Positions 40,861 through 50,830 of a stretch of DNA of 64,000 nucleotides are shown here, piece by piece. The DNA comes from an uncultured Nitrososphaerota archaeon. GTDB lineage: Archaea > Thermoproteota > Nitrososphaeria > Nitrososphaerales > Nitrosopumilaceae. The stretch spans positions 864,001 to 928,000 of the forward strand of contig OY969559.1 in the NCBI GenBank assembly GCA_963701075.1. Reading direction: 5' to 3'. Below the pieces are notes generated by a model, which did not search any database, was not told where the DNA came from, and saw only the letters and a list, made by a program, of their open reading frames with translations. The stretch's first letter is position 1; each line of letters begins with the position of its first letter. A program made the translations under genes and the position numbers.

Positions 40861-41268
40861 ATGAATTATTGGCTTGTAAAACAAGAACCGACCACGTATA
40901 ATTATGACCTACTGGAAAAAGAAAAAAAGACTGTCTGGGACGGAGTTCACAACAACTTGGCATTAAAGCACATTCGTGCAATGAAAAAAGGAGACAGGGC
41001 ATTTTTTTACCATACGGGAGATGAGAGACAGGCTGTCGGTATACTGGAGATTACAAGTAATCCGTACCCAAATCCAAAAGAAGATGATAAGAGGTTTGTA
41101 GTAATGGACGTAAAACCAGTCTCAAGATTGAAAAGGCCAGTGACTCTTGAAGAGATAAAAAAAGATGTCAAGTTCAAAAACTGGGAATTGATAAGAATCT
41201 CAAGACTATCTGTGATGCCAGTCCCAAAACAACTCTGGGACGAGATTGTGAAAAAGTCAAACAAATGA
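40861..41268 (+). CDS. EVE domain protein
   Basis: YWLVKQEP, WDGVHN, GDRAFFYHTG, SRLSVMPV. Confidence 0.92.
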   Translation: MNYWLVKQEPTTYNYDLLEKEKKTVWDGVHNNLALKHIRAMKKGDRAFFYHTGDERQAVGILEITSNPYPNPKEDDKRFVVMDVKPVSRLKRPVTLEEIKKDVKFKNWELIRISRLSVMPVPKQLWDEIVKKSNK

Positions 41269-42532
41269 CTATGTTGAAATCTTGGCCCCTATCTTGTTCA
41301 TTTCCTTGATAAAATCAGGATAGGAGACATCTACGGATTCTGGGTCTGTTACAGTACAGTTACCTACAACCATTCCTGCAATACAAAATGCCATAAACAA
41401 CCTGTGATCGTCTGCAGAGTCAAGCTCAGCACCATTGAGGGACTTTGGTGCCTCTAGAATCAATCCGTCCTCTTTTTCTGTGATGCCAATGCCAATCTTT
41501 GACAGCTCTTTTGCTAAAATGGAAATTCTGTCGGTCTCTTTGAACCTAGCATGCCTTACATTGTAAATCTCAATTGGATTTGACGTTCGAAGTGCCAAGA
41601 TAGCCATTGGCGGAAGCAAGTCTGGAGTATTTGAGAGATCAAACCTTCCTCCTGTAAGCTTGGACGGTGCCTTGACCCTTACTGTATCACCTATGGATAC
41701 ATCAACGCCCATCTTTTTCAGGTGCGATATCATTTCTTTGTCCCCTTGTGGCAAATCTCCAATCGGAGCAGAAACTATCATGTCATCTCCTACTAGTACC
41801 GCAGCAGAAAGAAGAAGTGCCATACTGGAAAAATCCGCAGGTACTGTGAAATCTGTTGGCTTGTAGTCCTGTTTTGGTATGTTGTATTTCTTGTAAGGAG
41901 ATATGGTATTTACGTTGACGCCAAATTTTTGCATGATTGCAATAGTTGCATCAAGATATGGCTTTGAAACCAGATCACCTTCAATTTCTAAGGTAATACC
42001 TTTCTCAGTTTTAGGAGCAGCAATCAAAAGTGCAGAAATAAACTGACTTGAAACAGAGCCAGCTATGGAGGTACTACCACCACGAATCTTTCCCTTTACG
42101 GTAATGGGCGGAGTCCCATTAGTTGATGTACACTTTGCATCAAGTTTCTCAAGAGCGTCAAGAAGCGGTTGCATGGGTCTCTTCCTGAGACTAGCATCTC
42201 CTGTAAGCGTAATCCTGACATCAACAAGAGAAGCTATGGCTGCAGATATCCTAATTGTTGTACCAGAGTTTGATGCATCTATCTCCGATCCTGTCGTGGA
42301 TATGCTACCAGTACTTTCAACGTTGACAGTAGAACCGCTGGTTGATATCTTGGAACCGAAGACCTTGCAGGCATTTATGGTTGCAATGGTATCTCGAGAA
42401 AGCAACACATTTCTAATTGTGCTATTTCCCTTTGCAAGAGATGCCAAAAAGATAGCACGATGTGTATAGACTCTTGTTGGGAGGACATGATATCGTGCCA
42501 GATAATTTTGATTTTTCAACCTTACATTTCAT
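41269..42532 (-). CDS. aroA: EPSP synthase (apparent +1 frameshift at 42469/70)
   Basis: N-terminus MKCKVEKSKLSGTISCPPNKS joins YTHRA; NSGTT, SSQFISALL, KETDR, DDHRLFM, VSYPDF. Confidence 0.93.
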
Positions 42533-43376
42533 GGACTTCAGCCTTTTGGTTGGTGACAGGAGAAACTATTACAGTTCCATCAAGCGAGGAAAATACCTTC
42601 TTTACCAGTAAAATCTTGTCATTTTTTGCAATTGCTGCAATAGAAGGACCATTTCCTGAAACAGATGCCCCCAGTGCACCGCTCTCCATTAACTCTGTCA
42701 AGATCTTCGGGTCAGAACCAAGTATGGTGGAAGTGGCAAGACCATTGAGTGTCATTGCATTCCAGTAATCTGATTTATTTGCCAAATCCCATGCTTGAGA
42801 GAACACATTTTGCAAAATTTTCAATTTTTTTACATTTCCTCTTTTACGAGACTTTGGAATGAATATCACTGCAGATAGATCTTCTGGTGCCTTTTCGGCT
42901 TTTATTATTTTGATGTCTGTGTTGTCAGTTACAACAAATCCTCCGAAGTAACATCCGCACGCATCATCAAATGCCCCTGTAATACTCACTTTTGATTGGA
43001 TTGAAGCTTGTACCCCATCTCTTAAGATTTCTATATCAGTTGCTTTTGGTTTGAAAAGTTTGGCACACGCAAGTGAAATTACAGAAGATATGGCGCTAGA
43101 GCTTTTCAGACCATATCCTGCCGGTATCTCTGTTTTGACAGATATTCTAAGCCTATTTTTTTCCAGTTCAGATTTTGGCACTGATGTTTCCACAACGGCT
43201 CTTATCAGACGTGAGCTAAGGCTTGATTCTCTGTTCTCAAAAATTATTCCCCTTCCCGACTCTGTCACAATTGTAGCTTCAATTCTAAGCGATATGCCAA
43301 GTGTTGCACCCTTGCCAGTTGCAATGGCATTTACTATTGAGACTGCACCGTGCATACTTGCTCTTACTTGGGCCAT
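42522..43376 (-). CDS. aroK: Archaeal shikimate kinase (GHMP family)
   Basis: GAVSIVNAIATGKG, IPAGYGLKSSSA, ITGAFDD, SGNGPS. Confidence 0.92.
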   Translation of the reverse strand: MAQVRASMHGAVSIVNAIATGKGATLGISLRIEATIVTESGRGIIFENRESSLSSRLIRAVVETSVPKSELEKNRLRISVKTEIPAGYGLKSSSAISSVISLACAKLFKPKATDIEILRDGVQASIQSKVSITGAFDDACGCYFGGFVVTDNTDIKIIKAEKAPEDLSAVIFIPKSRKRGNVKKLKILQNVFSQAWDLANKSDYWNAMTLNGLATSTILGSDPKILTELMESGALGASVSGNGPSIAAIAKNDKILLVKKVFSSLDGTVIVSPVTNQKAEVHEM

Positions 43377-43377
43377 T

Positions 43378-44199
43378 CTAAAATCTCCCAAGCAGTGTCA
43401 ATTTCATTGCTTCGTATGGGGCCGGTTGACCGGTCCAAATCTCAAAAGATTTCATTGCTTGAGCAAGGAGCATTTCCCAACCATATATGATCGTCGCCCT
43501 TTGTTCTTTTGACTGCTGAATTAATGGTGTTTCTACAGGCATGTACACAATATCGTAAACTATGGAATCTTTGGTGATGTTTTTTGTTGATATGGGACAA
43601 CCTACTCCCTTAAGACCGACCGAAGTTGCGTTCACAATAAACCTGAAATTTGCAGCCATCTCTCCGGCTCTTGCCAGATCCACATATTCAGATTCTAAAC
43701 CAAGTTGTTTTGCAAAGTTCACCATTTCTTCTGCCCTTTCCCGTGTCCTGTTTGTAATGGTTATCTTACGAACCTTCTCCTTTGCAAATCCTACAATGAC
43801 GGCCCTAGCAGCTCCACCTGCACCAATTAACAATACATCACAGCCTTTGCAGTCGATCTTCCTTTTTCTTATCGGATCTAGAAAACCATCTACATCCGTA
43901 TTGTATCCCTTTAGGTAACCATTAGTGTTGACTACGGTATTTGTTGCTCCTACCGTCTTGCATTGGTCATCAGCTTCGTCAAGTAATTTCATCATGTCTA
44001 CTTTGTGAGGTATAGTGACGTTGAAACCTGCAATACCTATCTTTTTTAGATCTTTAATGCCATCCTCAAGTTCGCCCTTTGGAATCCTGTATGCTATGTA
44101 AGTACAATCCAACTTTAGAAATGCAAATGCGGGGTTGTGAAGTGCAGGTGATAATGAATGATCAATGGGATCGCCTATGACCGCATAAGTTTTTGTCAT
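43378..44199 (-). CDS. aroE: Shikimate dehydrogenase
   Basis: GDPIDHSLSP, NVTIPHK, NTDVDG, GAGGAA. Confidence 0.95.
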   Translation of the reverse strand: MTKTYAVIGDPIDHSLSPALHNPAFAFLKLDCTYIAYRIPKGELEDGIKDLKKIGIAGFNVTIPHKVDMMKLLDEADDQCKTVGATNTVVNTNGYLKGYNTDVDGFLDPIRKRKIDCKGCDVLLIGAGGAARAVIVGFAKEKVRKITITNRTRERAEEMVNFAKQLGLESEYVDLARAGEMAANFRFIVNATSVGLKGVGCPISTKNITKDSIVYDIVYMPVETPLIQQSKEQRATIIYGWEMLLAQAMKSFEIWTGQPAPYEAMKLTLLGRF

Positions 44200-44263
44200 T
44201 GAAAACTAATTTCCTTGCATCATGATTTAAGGTATTAGGAATGGTTCGGCAAACTATTGATAC

Positions 44264-44548
44264 TCAAACGCCATAGCTGTTTGTTCTGGAATAAAACTTC
44301 TTTAATTTGGAGCCGCATTTTGGGCAGCTGTCCTGCTGATGAATTGTGGCACAGTCAAGACATACGAAATTAGCCTCCTTATTTTTTGGTGTCCTGTATT
44401 GGTATATTATGATGTATGCTAGTGCAACTATCCATACAAGTATCAATAATGGAATTAGATGAAAGATTCCAAGAACTGCTGTTACTGCAACAGCTAGTAT
44501 GATGACATTTCTTGGAACATTGTTCAAAAACTGACCCATTTTCTTCAT
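44264..44548 (-). CDS. Small 2-TM protein with C-terminal zinc ribbon
   Basis: Hydrophobic N-half; CLDCATIH...CPKCGS. Confidence 0.7.
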   Translation of the reverse strand: MKKMGQFLNNVPRNVIILAVAVTAVLGIFHLIPLLILVWIVALAYIIIYQYRTPKNKEANFVCLDCATIHQQDSCPKCGSKLKKFYSRTNSYGV

Positions 44549-44650
44549 ATTGTAGTAGTTTATCTTTTATAATAAGGCTGGGTAGAGGGCGGTTTTTCTT
44601 ATGAGACAATAAGAGATTAGTTAATTAATACAAAAGGAACTTTATGATGT

Positions 44651-44875
44651 ATGAAATCCGACGATTTTAGAGACATTGTAGAGGAGTGCGGCAAGATACT
44701 TGACGAGAACGTGAACATACTTTCTGATATGGAGTTTGAAATTGATTCTGAGAAAGAAGACGTTGTAAAACCCATGATGACAAAAAACGAACTTGTTGAT
44801 ATGGCTCACGATGTAGCGGAATCTGTCAGAATAAAAAAAGCCGAGTCTTCGTTTGTTCGAAGACATTTTGACTAG
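44651..44875 (+). CDS. Small acidic hypothetical protein
   Basis: 74-aa ORF with normal codon usage. Confidence 0.55.
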   Translation: MKSDDFRDIVEECGKILDENVNILSDMEFEIDSEKEDVVKPMMTKNELVDMAHDVAESVRIKKAESSFVRRHFD

Positions 44876-44921
44876 TCTTTAGTATCTAGTTAGGCCATGA
44901 GAGGTTTCTCTTGCAACCTGC

Positions 44922-45596
44922 TTACTTTTGCAATCTAAATATTGACGCCATTTCATCAAGACTAAATTGTCCTGGGGCTACTGGTTTTCCAAGGGATACA
45001 TATGTGAATGGACTTCCAAGTCTTGTACATAGAATCCTGGACATTCTGCCATAGTCACCCATTGCAAAAGCGATCAGATTTGATCTACGCGGCATTCCTT
45101 TGTATAAGTTAAGAATCCTGAATGTGTCATTAATCGTTCTTGCTGTAGTTACAACCTTGATATTTTTTGAAAATCTTGACATTTTCTTTACCATTGATCT
45201 TAACAACTTCTCACTTGGAGTTTTTGAGAAATCATGCCATGATGCTAACATGTTTACTCTTGTTCTTTTGAGGTATTGGTATAGGCTTTTGTTTTTTCTC
45301 AATGTGTTGTATTCCACATCAAGAAGATACGGGTTGAATTCTGCAATCAATTTTAGTATGGAAATTCTCTCCGTCTCGGTGCCAGCAAACTTACCGCCTT
45401 CTGATTTAGGTCTAAGAGTACAGATACATCTTCCCAGGTATGGCTTTACTACATTTAGACAATAAGGAATTTGAGTTGGGTTCAAAAAATCCAATCTTAG
45501 TTCAGCATAGTCTGATTTGCTTAGTGACTTCCTCAAGTTGGTTACGAGCTTTGCTACGCTACGCACGCCAATTGATACGCAAGTTTTATTGGCCAT
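44922..45596 (-). CDS. aroD: Type I 3-dehydroquinate dehydratase
   Basis: AELRLDF, TLRPKSEGG, SWHDFSKTP, FAMG, VAPGQ. Confidence 0.92.
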   Translation of the reverse strand: MANKTCVSIGVRSVAKLVTNLRKSLSKSDYAELRLDFLNPTQIPYCLNVVKPYLGRCICTLRPKSEGGKFAGTETERISILKLIAEFNPYLLDVEYNTLRKNKSLYQYLKRTRVNMLASWHDFSKTPSEKLLRSMVKKMSRFSKNIKVVTTARTINDTFRILNLYKGMPRRSNLIAFAMGDYGRMSRILCTRLGSPFTYVSLGKPVAPGQFSLDEMASIFRLQK

Positions 45597-45620
45597 TATT
45601 AGTCTGATGTTTTACTTGGT

Positions 45621-45923
45621 TTAGCCTGACTTGGTTTGGTTTGCTGGTGTGCATGCTTCCCACTGCTTCAATGAGGAGCATTCGCCTGGATTGCGTTGTG
45701 CATTAGATATTGCTTGGCTCATTGCTGACCATTGGTGTGGTGTGCAGAGCTGATCTCCACATATGTTTTGGCCACCCGTGAATCTGTCAGTCTTATGAGC
45801 ATCTTCTTGGTATGAAAAGTCTCTTGGTGTCAATGCGCTGGCAGATGGTACGACCATTACCCAGATCATCACGGACAACAATGCTACTGCAGCCAGTCCA
45901 AATCGTAGTTTTTGATTTAGCAT
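45621..45923 (-). CDS. Small secreted Cys-containing protein
   Basis: Signal peptide (ASA cleavage); ICGDQLC and C-x7-C. Confidence 0.7.
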   Translation of the reverse strand: MLNQKLRFGLAAVALLSVMIWVMVVPSASALTPRDFSYQEDAHKTDRFTGGQNICGDQLCTPHQWSAMSQAISNAQRNPGECSSLKQWEACTPANQTKSG

Positions 45924-46088
45924 CTAGGATCTTGTATATTCTACTGATATATTTACATTAGCATACAATCATACTTGATTATAATATCAATGTCATTATC
46001 ATTCCGGATCGTTTTTTCTCGACAAATAGGTAGTTCTCGAACAAACATTACAGAAACTTTTATGAAACGACCAAGATATGAAAATCAC

Positions 46089-46385
46089 ATGAGCACAGAG
46101 AATAGATCGGAAGCAAAAGACACAGTCTTCATCGGAAAAAAGCCTTTGATGGCATATGTGACATCGGCGCTCATACAGCTTGCTAACCGCCCAAAAATAT
46201 CGATAAAGGCCAGAGGGCTTAGCATAGGTAGAGCTGTCGACGTGGCACAAATAGTTGCTAGGAGGACAGACGGTTCCGGATACTCTATAGGGGAAATCAA
46301 AATAGGATCTGAACAGCTCGAGTCAAATGACGGAAGGCCAAGAAACGTATCCACTATAGAAATTGAAGTCAAGAAAAATGCATAA
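46089..46385 (+). CDS. albA: Chromatin protein Alba
   Basis: VFIGKKPLMAYV, IKARGLSIGRAVDVA, NVSTIEI; start reassigned to ATG 46089. Confidence 0.95.
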   Translation: MSTENRSEAKDTVFIGKKPLMAYVTSALIQLANRPKISIKARGLSIGRAVDVAQIVARRTDGSGYSIGEIKIGSEQLESNDGRPRNVSTIEIEVKKNA

Positions 46386-46511
46386 GACTGCCTAAAACAT
46401 GTAAATCGTGGAAAACATGTTTTAGCTGATTTTCTTTGATTTCTACTATGTAACTAGTTGATACTCAGATCTTCTTACAAATATTAAATATCAAACTACT
46501 TTAGGAAGGTA

Positions 46512-47378
46512 GTGTGGAAACCAAACTCCATCATAGTTTCTGATTCAAGAGATCTTTCCCAAATTGGAAAAAATGCCGTGTCCCTCACTGTAACGTCTCC
46601 ACCATACCATAACGCCATAAACTATGATGAACATCAGACAAGTCAAAAATGGTATAGGGGAACTGTTGGAGTATCAATTGAGAACTGGCTTGAAGAAATG
46701 AAACAAGTGTTCTCACAGGTTTATCAAGTAACCAAACCAGGAGGTTATTGTTGCATTGTTATAGGAAATGAAATCATAGAAGGAAAAATCAAACTACCTT
46801 TACCAGCCCTATTGTCAATTGAACTGACAAAAAATGATGTTGGCTGGAAGTTCTTTGAAGAGATAATTTGGAACAAGGTGACTGGCGGCAAAAAGAGGTT
46901 CCGTGTAACAGTACAACATCCGTATCCGACCTACTATTATCCTAATATCATGCATGAACAGATTATCATACTGCGAAAGGAACCGTTCCACAACGTCAAG
47001 GATAAGAAAAGTAGACTTAGAATCGATAATATCATGAAAAAGGAGATGGCAAACTCGGTATGGCATATTGCCCCTGTACCGCCAAGTTACAGAAAGTTCC
47101 ATCCAGCAGCTTTTCCAGAAGAGATTCCGTATAGGTTGATTCAACTTTACAGTAACGTGGGTGATTTAGTCTTGGACCCATTTACAGGGAGTGGCCAAAC
47201 CCCCAAGATGGCTAGGTTTCTGAAGCGAAGGTACATAGGAGTTGACAAGTCAGAGAAATATGTCAAGATTGCAACAAAGAGAGTCATGGAACCGCCACTA
47301 CTTCGCGGCTTGCAGTTAGTACCTAACTGGAAATTCCCAGAACAGCTTATTCTTGATAGCTCTAATCTGAGATCGTAA
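46512..47378 (+). CDS. Orphan amino-DNA methyltransferase (beta class, SPPY; N4-C or N6-A)
   Basis: VTSPPY precedes HPAAFP and VLDPFTGSGQT; no adjacent nuclease. Confidence 0.9.
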   Translation: MWKPNSIIVSDSRDLSQIGKNAVSLTVTSPPYHNAINYDEHQTSQKWYRGTVGVSIENWLEEMKQVFSQVYQVTKPGGYCCIVIGNEIIEGKIKLPLPALLSIELTKNDVGWKFFEEIIWNKVTGGKKRFRVTVQHPYPTYYYPNIMHEQIIILRKEPFHNVKDKKSRLRIDNIMKKEMANSVWHIAPVPPSYRKFHPAAFPEEIPYRLIQLYSNVGDLVLDPFTGSGQTPKMARFLKRRYIGVDKSEKYVKIATKRVMEPPLLRGLQLVPNWKFPEQLILDSSNLRS

Positions 47379-47409
47379 AGGTTATCTATCAAGGATCGTC
47401 AATCATGCC

Positions 47410-47613
47410 ATGGTAACTACAAACAGCAAGTCGTATTTTCGAGAGGTAGAAAAAAGCCATAGAAACTACACTTCTGCACTAAAGAGGGCCGGATCAAGAC
47501 AATCCGTAATGAATCTTTATTGGAAACACAAGCGTCAACATGAGGCCCTCCTGAAAAAACATCTCAGAGAAGAGATGGCTGAAATAGTTCAAATAAAAAA
47601 GAAATTCAAATAA
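47410..47613 (+). CDS. Small basic helical hypothetical protein
   Basis: 67-aa ORF. Confidence 0.6.
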   Translation: MVTTNSKSYFREVEKSHRNYTSALKRAGSRQSVMNLYWKHKRQHEALLKKHLREEMAEIVQIKKKFK

Positions 47614-47646
47614 CTTCTTCTTTTTCTTTAATGATAATTAATTCCC

Positions 47647-47817
47647 TTAACTGTTACTGGAAGAATTGTACCACATCTTTACTACACTGATGTCAGATCC
47701 GCTTTCATTTGGTTTAGAAATTTTTAGTTTGTTCTCCTTGTGTTGCTGCATGTTCACGTGACTCTCCACTTCCTTTTCATCTATTTCTTGTGAACATATG
47801 TTACAGCGAAGATTCAA
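47647..47817 (-). CDS. C2H2 (U1/matrin-like) zinc-finger microprotein
   Basis: CNICSQEIDEKEVESHVNMQQH; TTG start inferred. Confidence 0.6.
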   Translation of the reverse strand: MNLRCNICSQEIDEKEVESHVNMQQHKENKLKISKPNESGSDISVVKMWYNSSSNS

Positions 47818-48133
47818 TGTATACTGGGAAGAAAATTCACTATAATAATGTGATGAACATTTGGAATTTCTATGAAAATTCTCGTATGTGTCCATGATTG
47901 ATTCCAAAGATTGGAATTTGATGACCTGTTGAAAGAGTATCAAAACAAAGTTTGTAAATAATGATCAAATGATGATCCAAAATTGAATTTATTGCATCGA
48001 AATTAAATTTCAAAATAATGACATGTATTGAAAAAACGGCGATGATCGCAGCAAATTGTAACGATGTGATTTTCTAGAAATTTTAGAGCGCTAATGTTAT
48101 ATCCATGCTGTTTTATTGATATTGATAATTGAT

Positions 48134-48199
48134 TGTCAAGGGGGCATGAAACTGTTTCTCACGCGAAACGGGGAGTAAAGCGTGAAGCCCCGCTTGACA
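48134..48199 (+). ncRNA. Putative structured RNA with enclosed pseudoknot
   Basis: TGTCAAG/CTTGACA and GGGGC/GCCCC closing stems; hairpin CTGTTTC/GAAACGG whose loop TCACGC is complementary to GCGTGA; GC-rich island in an AT-rich gap. Confidence 0.55.
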
Positions 48200-48348
48200 T
48201 TTCGGCTTTATCGGTCTAACATATTTAGATTTGTTTATAATTGACATGCTGTCATGCGTAAACTAGGTATTTTTTGTTTTTTTCAAGGCAGGCACATCTG
48301 TAATCTTATGAAAAATAATACCTTGATAAAATATTTCAAACTAATATT

Positions 48349-49404
48349 TTATTTCTCAATGATGTATTCATCATCTACTTCCATGCCAAAATGTCTCCCA
48401 GTGGCTGGTTTGGCATATGCAAGTACAACATCTCCTCTTTTGAGATGTGTTACGGATACTAGATGACCATTTGGACGGACAAATCGAATCGTCTCTGCAT
48501 TCTGGGCAATTATGCCTCCTACCTCATCATCAATCTGAGCTTTTATCATTAACATGGGCCTACTTTCTATTTTTGAGCGGCCAACAGTAGCTCTTCTAGC
48601 CCTGCCATGCGAATCAGTTACTAGTACTTCAGACCCTGTTTCAAGCTCTGAGAGATACTTGGTGGTTCCATCTGGTGCTAATGTATAGCAATGGACAGCT
48701 CCGGCATTGACCCTAAATGGCCGAGGAGATGTAAAAGAAGAGCCTACAGACTCGTTATGAACTAAAAACAAAAAATTTGACCTGCTTCCTATCAGCATTC
48801 CCTCTCCACGACCAAGCATAGAAGCTGTATCAACACAAACGCGCTCGCCATTTCCGACCTCTTTTATTTCAAGAATTTTTGCTGGCTTGAGGTCAAAGTT
48901 TTTTGTTCCCAGGTATACCAGTGTCTCCTTTACTTCATTTAGAGAACTTGTAGAGAATATGACCCCGTCCACACCTATCTCTAGTATGGAGAACATCTTT
49001 CGTACCTCTTCAGGCGAATTGGCAATAGCAAATATCTTTGTGTGGATTTTGTGAAGTTTTGCGATAATGTTCTCAAGAGGAATTATCTTCCAGTCTTTTA
49101 CTTCTACTATCACAAAGTCAAGCCCTCTCTTTGCAAACTGTAGTATCTTTTCAATGTCTGCATTTGATAACACCTTGAACTTCATTCCTACTTTTCTTCC
49201 CTTGATTTTGGTCACCTTATCCACTATGATATAATCTGCATTCTGTGATGCATAAATCGTTGTAAGTTTTGTCTTCAATCCCTTGAGGGCTGAAGGGTCT
49301 ACATTGACAATTTTGATGCCTTCTTTTTCTATCTCGGTTAAAAATTTGACAAGCTGGCCCCTGGATACCTTGGGGGCTATGATGAATTCTCTATTTTTTG
49401 TCAA
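48349..49404 (-). CDS. 3-dehydroquinate synthase type II (archaeal AroB')
   Basis: DWKIIPLENIIA, GERVCVDT, RPFRVNAGAVH, QNAETIR, GRHFGM. Confidence 0.95.
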   Translation of the reverse strand: MTKNREFIIAPKVSRGQLVKFLTEIEKEGIKIVNVDPSALKGLKTKLTTIYASQNADYIIVDKVTKIKGRKVGMKFKVLSNADIEKILQFAKRGLDFVIVEVKDWKIIPLENIIAKLHKIHTKIFAIANSPEEVRKMFSILEIGVDGVIFSTSSLNEVKETLVYLGTKNFDLKPAKILEIKEVGNGERVCVDTASMLGRGEGMLIGSRSNFLFLVHNESVGSSFTSPRPFRVNAGAVHCYTLAPDGTTKYLSELETGSEVLVTDSHGRARRATVGRSKIESRPMLMIKAQIDDEVGGIIAQNAETIRFVRPNGHLVSVTHLKRGDVVLAYAKPATGRHFGMEVDDEYIIEK

Positions 49405-50179
49405 GGTACTTTGCAGCTTCCTTTGCCGATTCCTTTCTAAATATTATTGCAGCAAGAGCATGAGTCATCTTGGCTGGGTTGGCATGCTCAAATATGTTTC
49501 TGCCATATGTTACTCCTTTGGCACCGGCCTGCATTGCTTCTTCTGTCATTTGCAAAACATCCTTGTCTGTTTTTGCTTTTGGTCCACCAGCAATTACCAC
49601 TGGAACCGGGGTGCTCTTTACTATCTTAGAAAATGAATCTACGTCTCCAGTATACAACGTTTTGACAATATCGGCACCACATTCTGCGCCAATTCTTGCT
49701 ACATGCCCAACTATGGTTGGGTCATGAGGATTCTTTATGTTCTCTCCTCTTGGATACATCATTGCAAGTAATGGCATACTCCACTTGTGGCAATCATCTG
49801 CAATTGTGCCAAGCTGTTCTAGCATCTCAGGTTCTTCCTTTCCTCCGATGTTGATATGTAAAGATACGCCATCAGCTCCAAGACGCAATGCTTCTTGAAC
49901 TGAGCCAGTAAGCATCTTTCTGTTTGGAGACATGGAAAGAGAAGTACTTGCAGAATAATGAACTATCAATCCAATTTTAGTTGGCTTGGGTAAATTCTTG
50001 AAAATTCCCTTGTTGATTATAACAGAGGTAAGGCCAAAATTCTGACATGTGTAGATTAAGGGATATGGATCCTCGATTCCCTTTAGAGGACCATTGGATA
50101 TTCCATGATCCATTGGGATACACAACATCTTGCCGTTTCGTAGTATGCGATTCATTCGAATCTGAAAACCACTAACCAT
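49391..50179 (-). CDS. 2-amino-3,7-dideoxy-D-threo-hept-6-ulosonate synthase (AroA', DhnA-type aldolase)
   Basis: PMDHGISNGP, PLLAMMYPRG, GADIVKT, IAGGPK, YGRNIF; adjacent to DHQ synthase II. Confidence 0.92.
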   Translation of the reverse strand: MVSGFQIRMNRILRNGKMLCIPMDHGISNGPLKGIEDPYPLIYTCQNFGLTSVIINKGIFKNLPKPTKIGLIVHYSASTSLSMSPNRKMLTGSVQEALRLGADGVSLHINIGGKEEPEMLEQLGTIADDCHKWSMPLLAMMYPRGENIKNPHDPTIVGHVARIGAECGADIVKTLYTGDVDSFSKIVKSTPVPVVIAGGPKAKTDKDVLQMTEEAMQAGAKGVTYGRNIFEHANPAKMTHALAAIIFRKESAKEAAKYLDKK

Positions 50180-50353
50180 TGGAATTAATCCTTGGTGTGC
50201 CCTACTTAAAAATAGTGGGGCAAAGATGGAATGCTTCCATTTGGCCGATATGAAAGATTACAATGAAAATTACATGCTGGGAGTGTTATAGACAAGTCTC
50301 ATTTCAAGTAAAAATTAATGAAAAAATTTGGATTTCTTAGAAAAAAGATAAAA

Positions 50354-50627
50354 TCACGTTGTATCTTTTGCTGTATTTTTTGCCGCATCTTTGTTTTTTT
50401 TCTTTGATTTGTAGATTCTCCATCCGACATATCCGCCTCCGCCTACTATTGCAGCTATGATCACATCTCGAATAATCAGCTCCACGGTGGAATCCATGAT
50501 GTCCTCCCTGTCCTGTCATATTGGTTGAGCTTGTGTTTGACTGATCTGTTTGTGCATATACAAGCAAGACGGGTACACTTGTTGCAAGTAACAAAAATGC
50601 TGTCAGGCTATATGAAAGCAATCTCAT
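50354..50627 (-). CDS. Small exported protein with C-terminal TM anchor and basic tail (apparent +1 frameshift at 50492/3)
   Basis: Signal peptide (VYA-Q), S/T linker; the other frame gives VIIAAIVGGGGYVGWRIYKSKKK. Confidence 0.65.
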
Positions 50628-50830
50628 GTGAGAACTTTTTAAAGATTATAATAAAACAATTGTCAAACTATGTTAGTGAACATTGTTATTGACTTAAAAC
50701 TGGCAGATTCTATCGTCTAGGTGAAAAATTGCAAAGGATGTATTGTACAAGTCTGACTTTTAATTCGTATCACATCTCATGATTTTAGCTTTCAAACGAT
50801 TAAATACAATAGGGAAAGATCAAAAATCAA

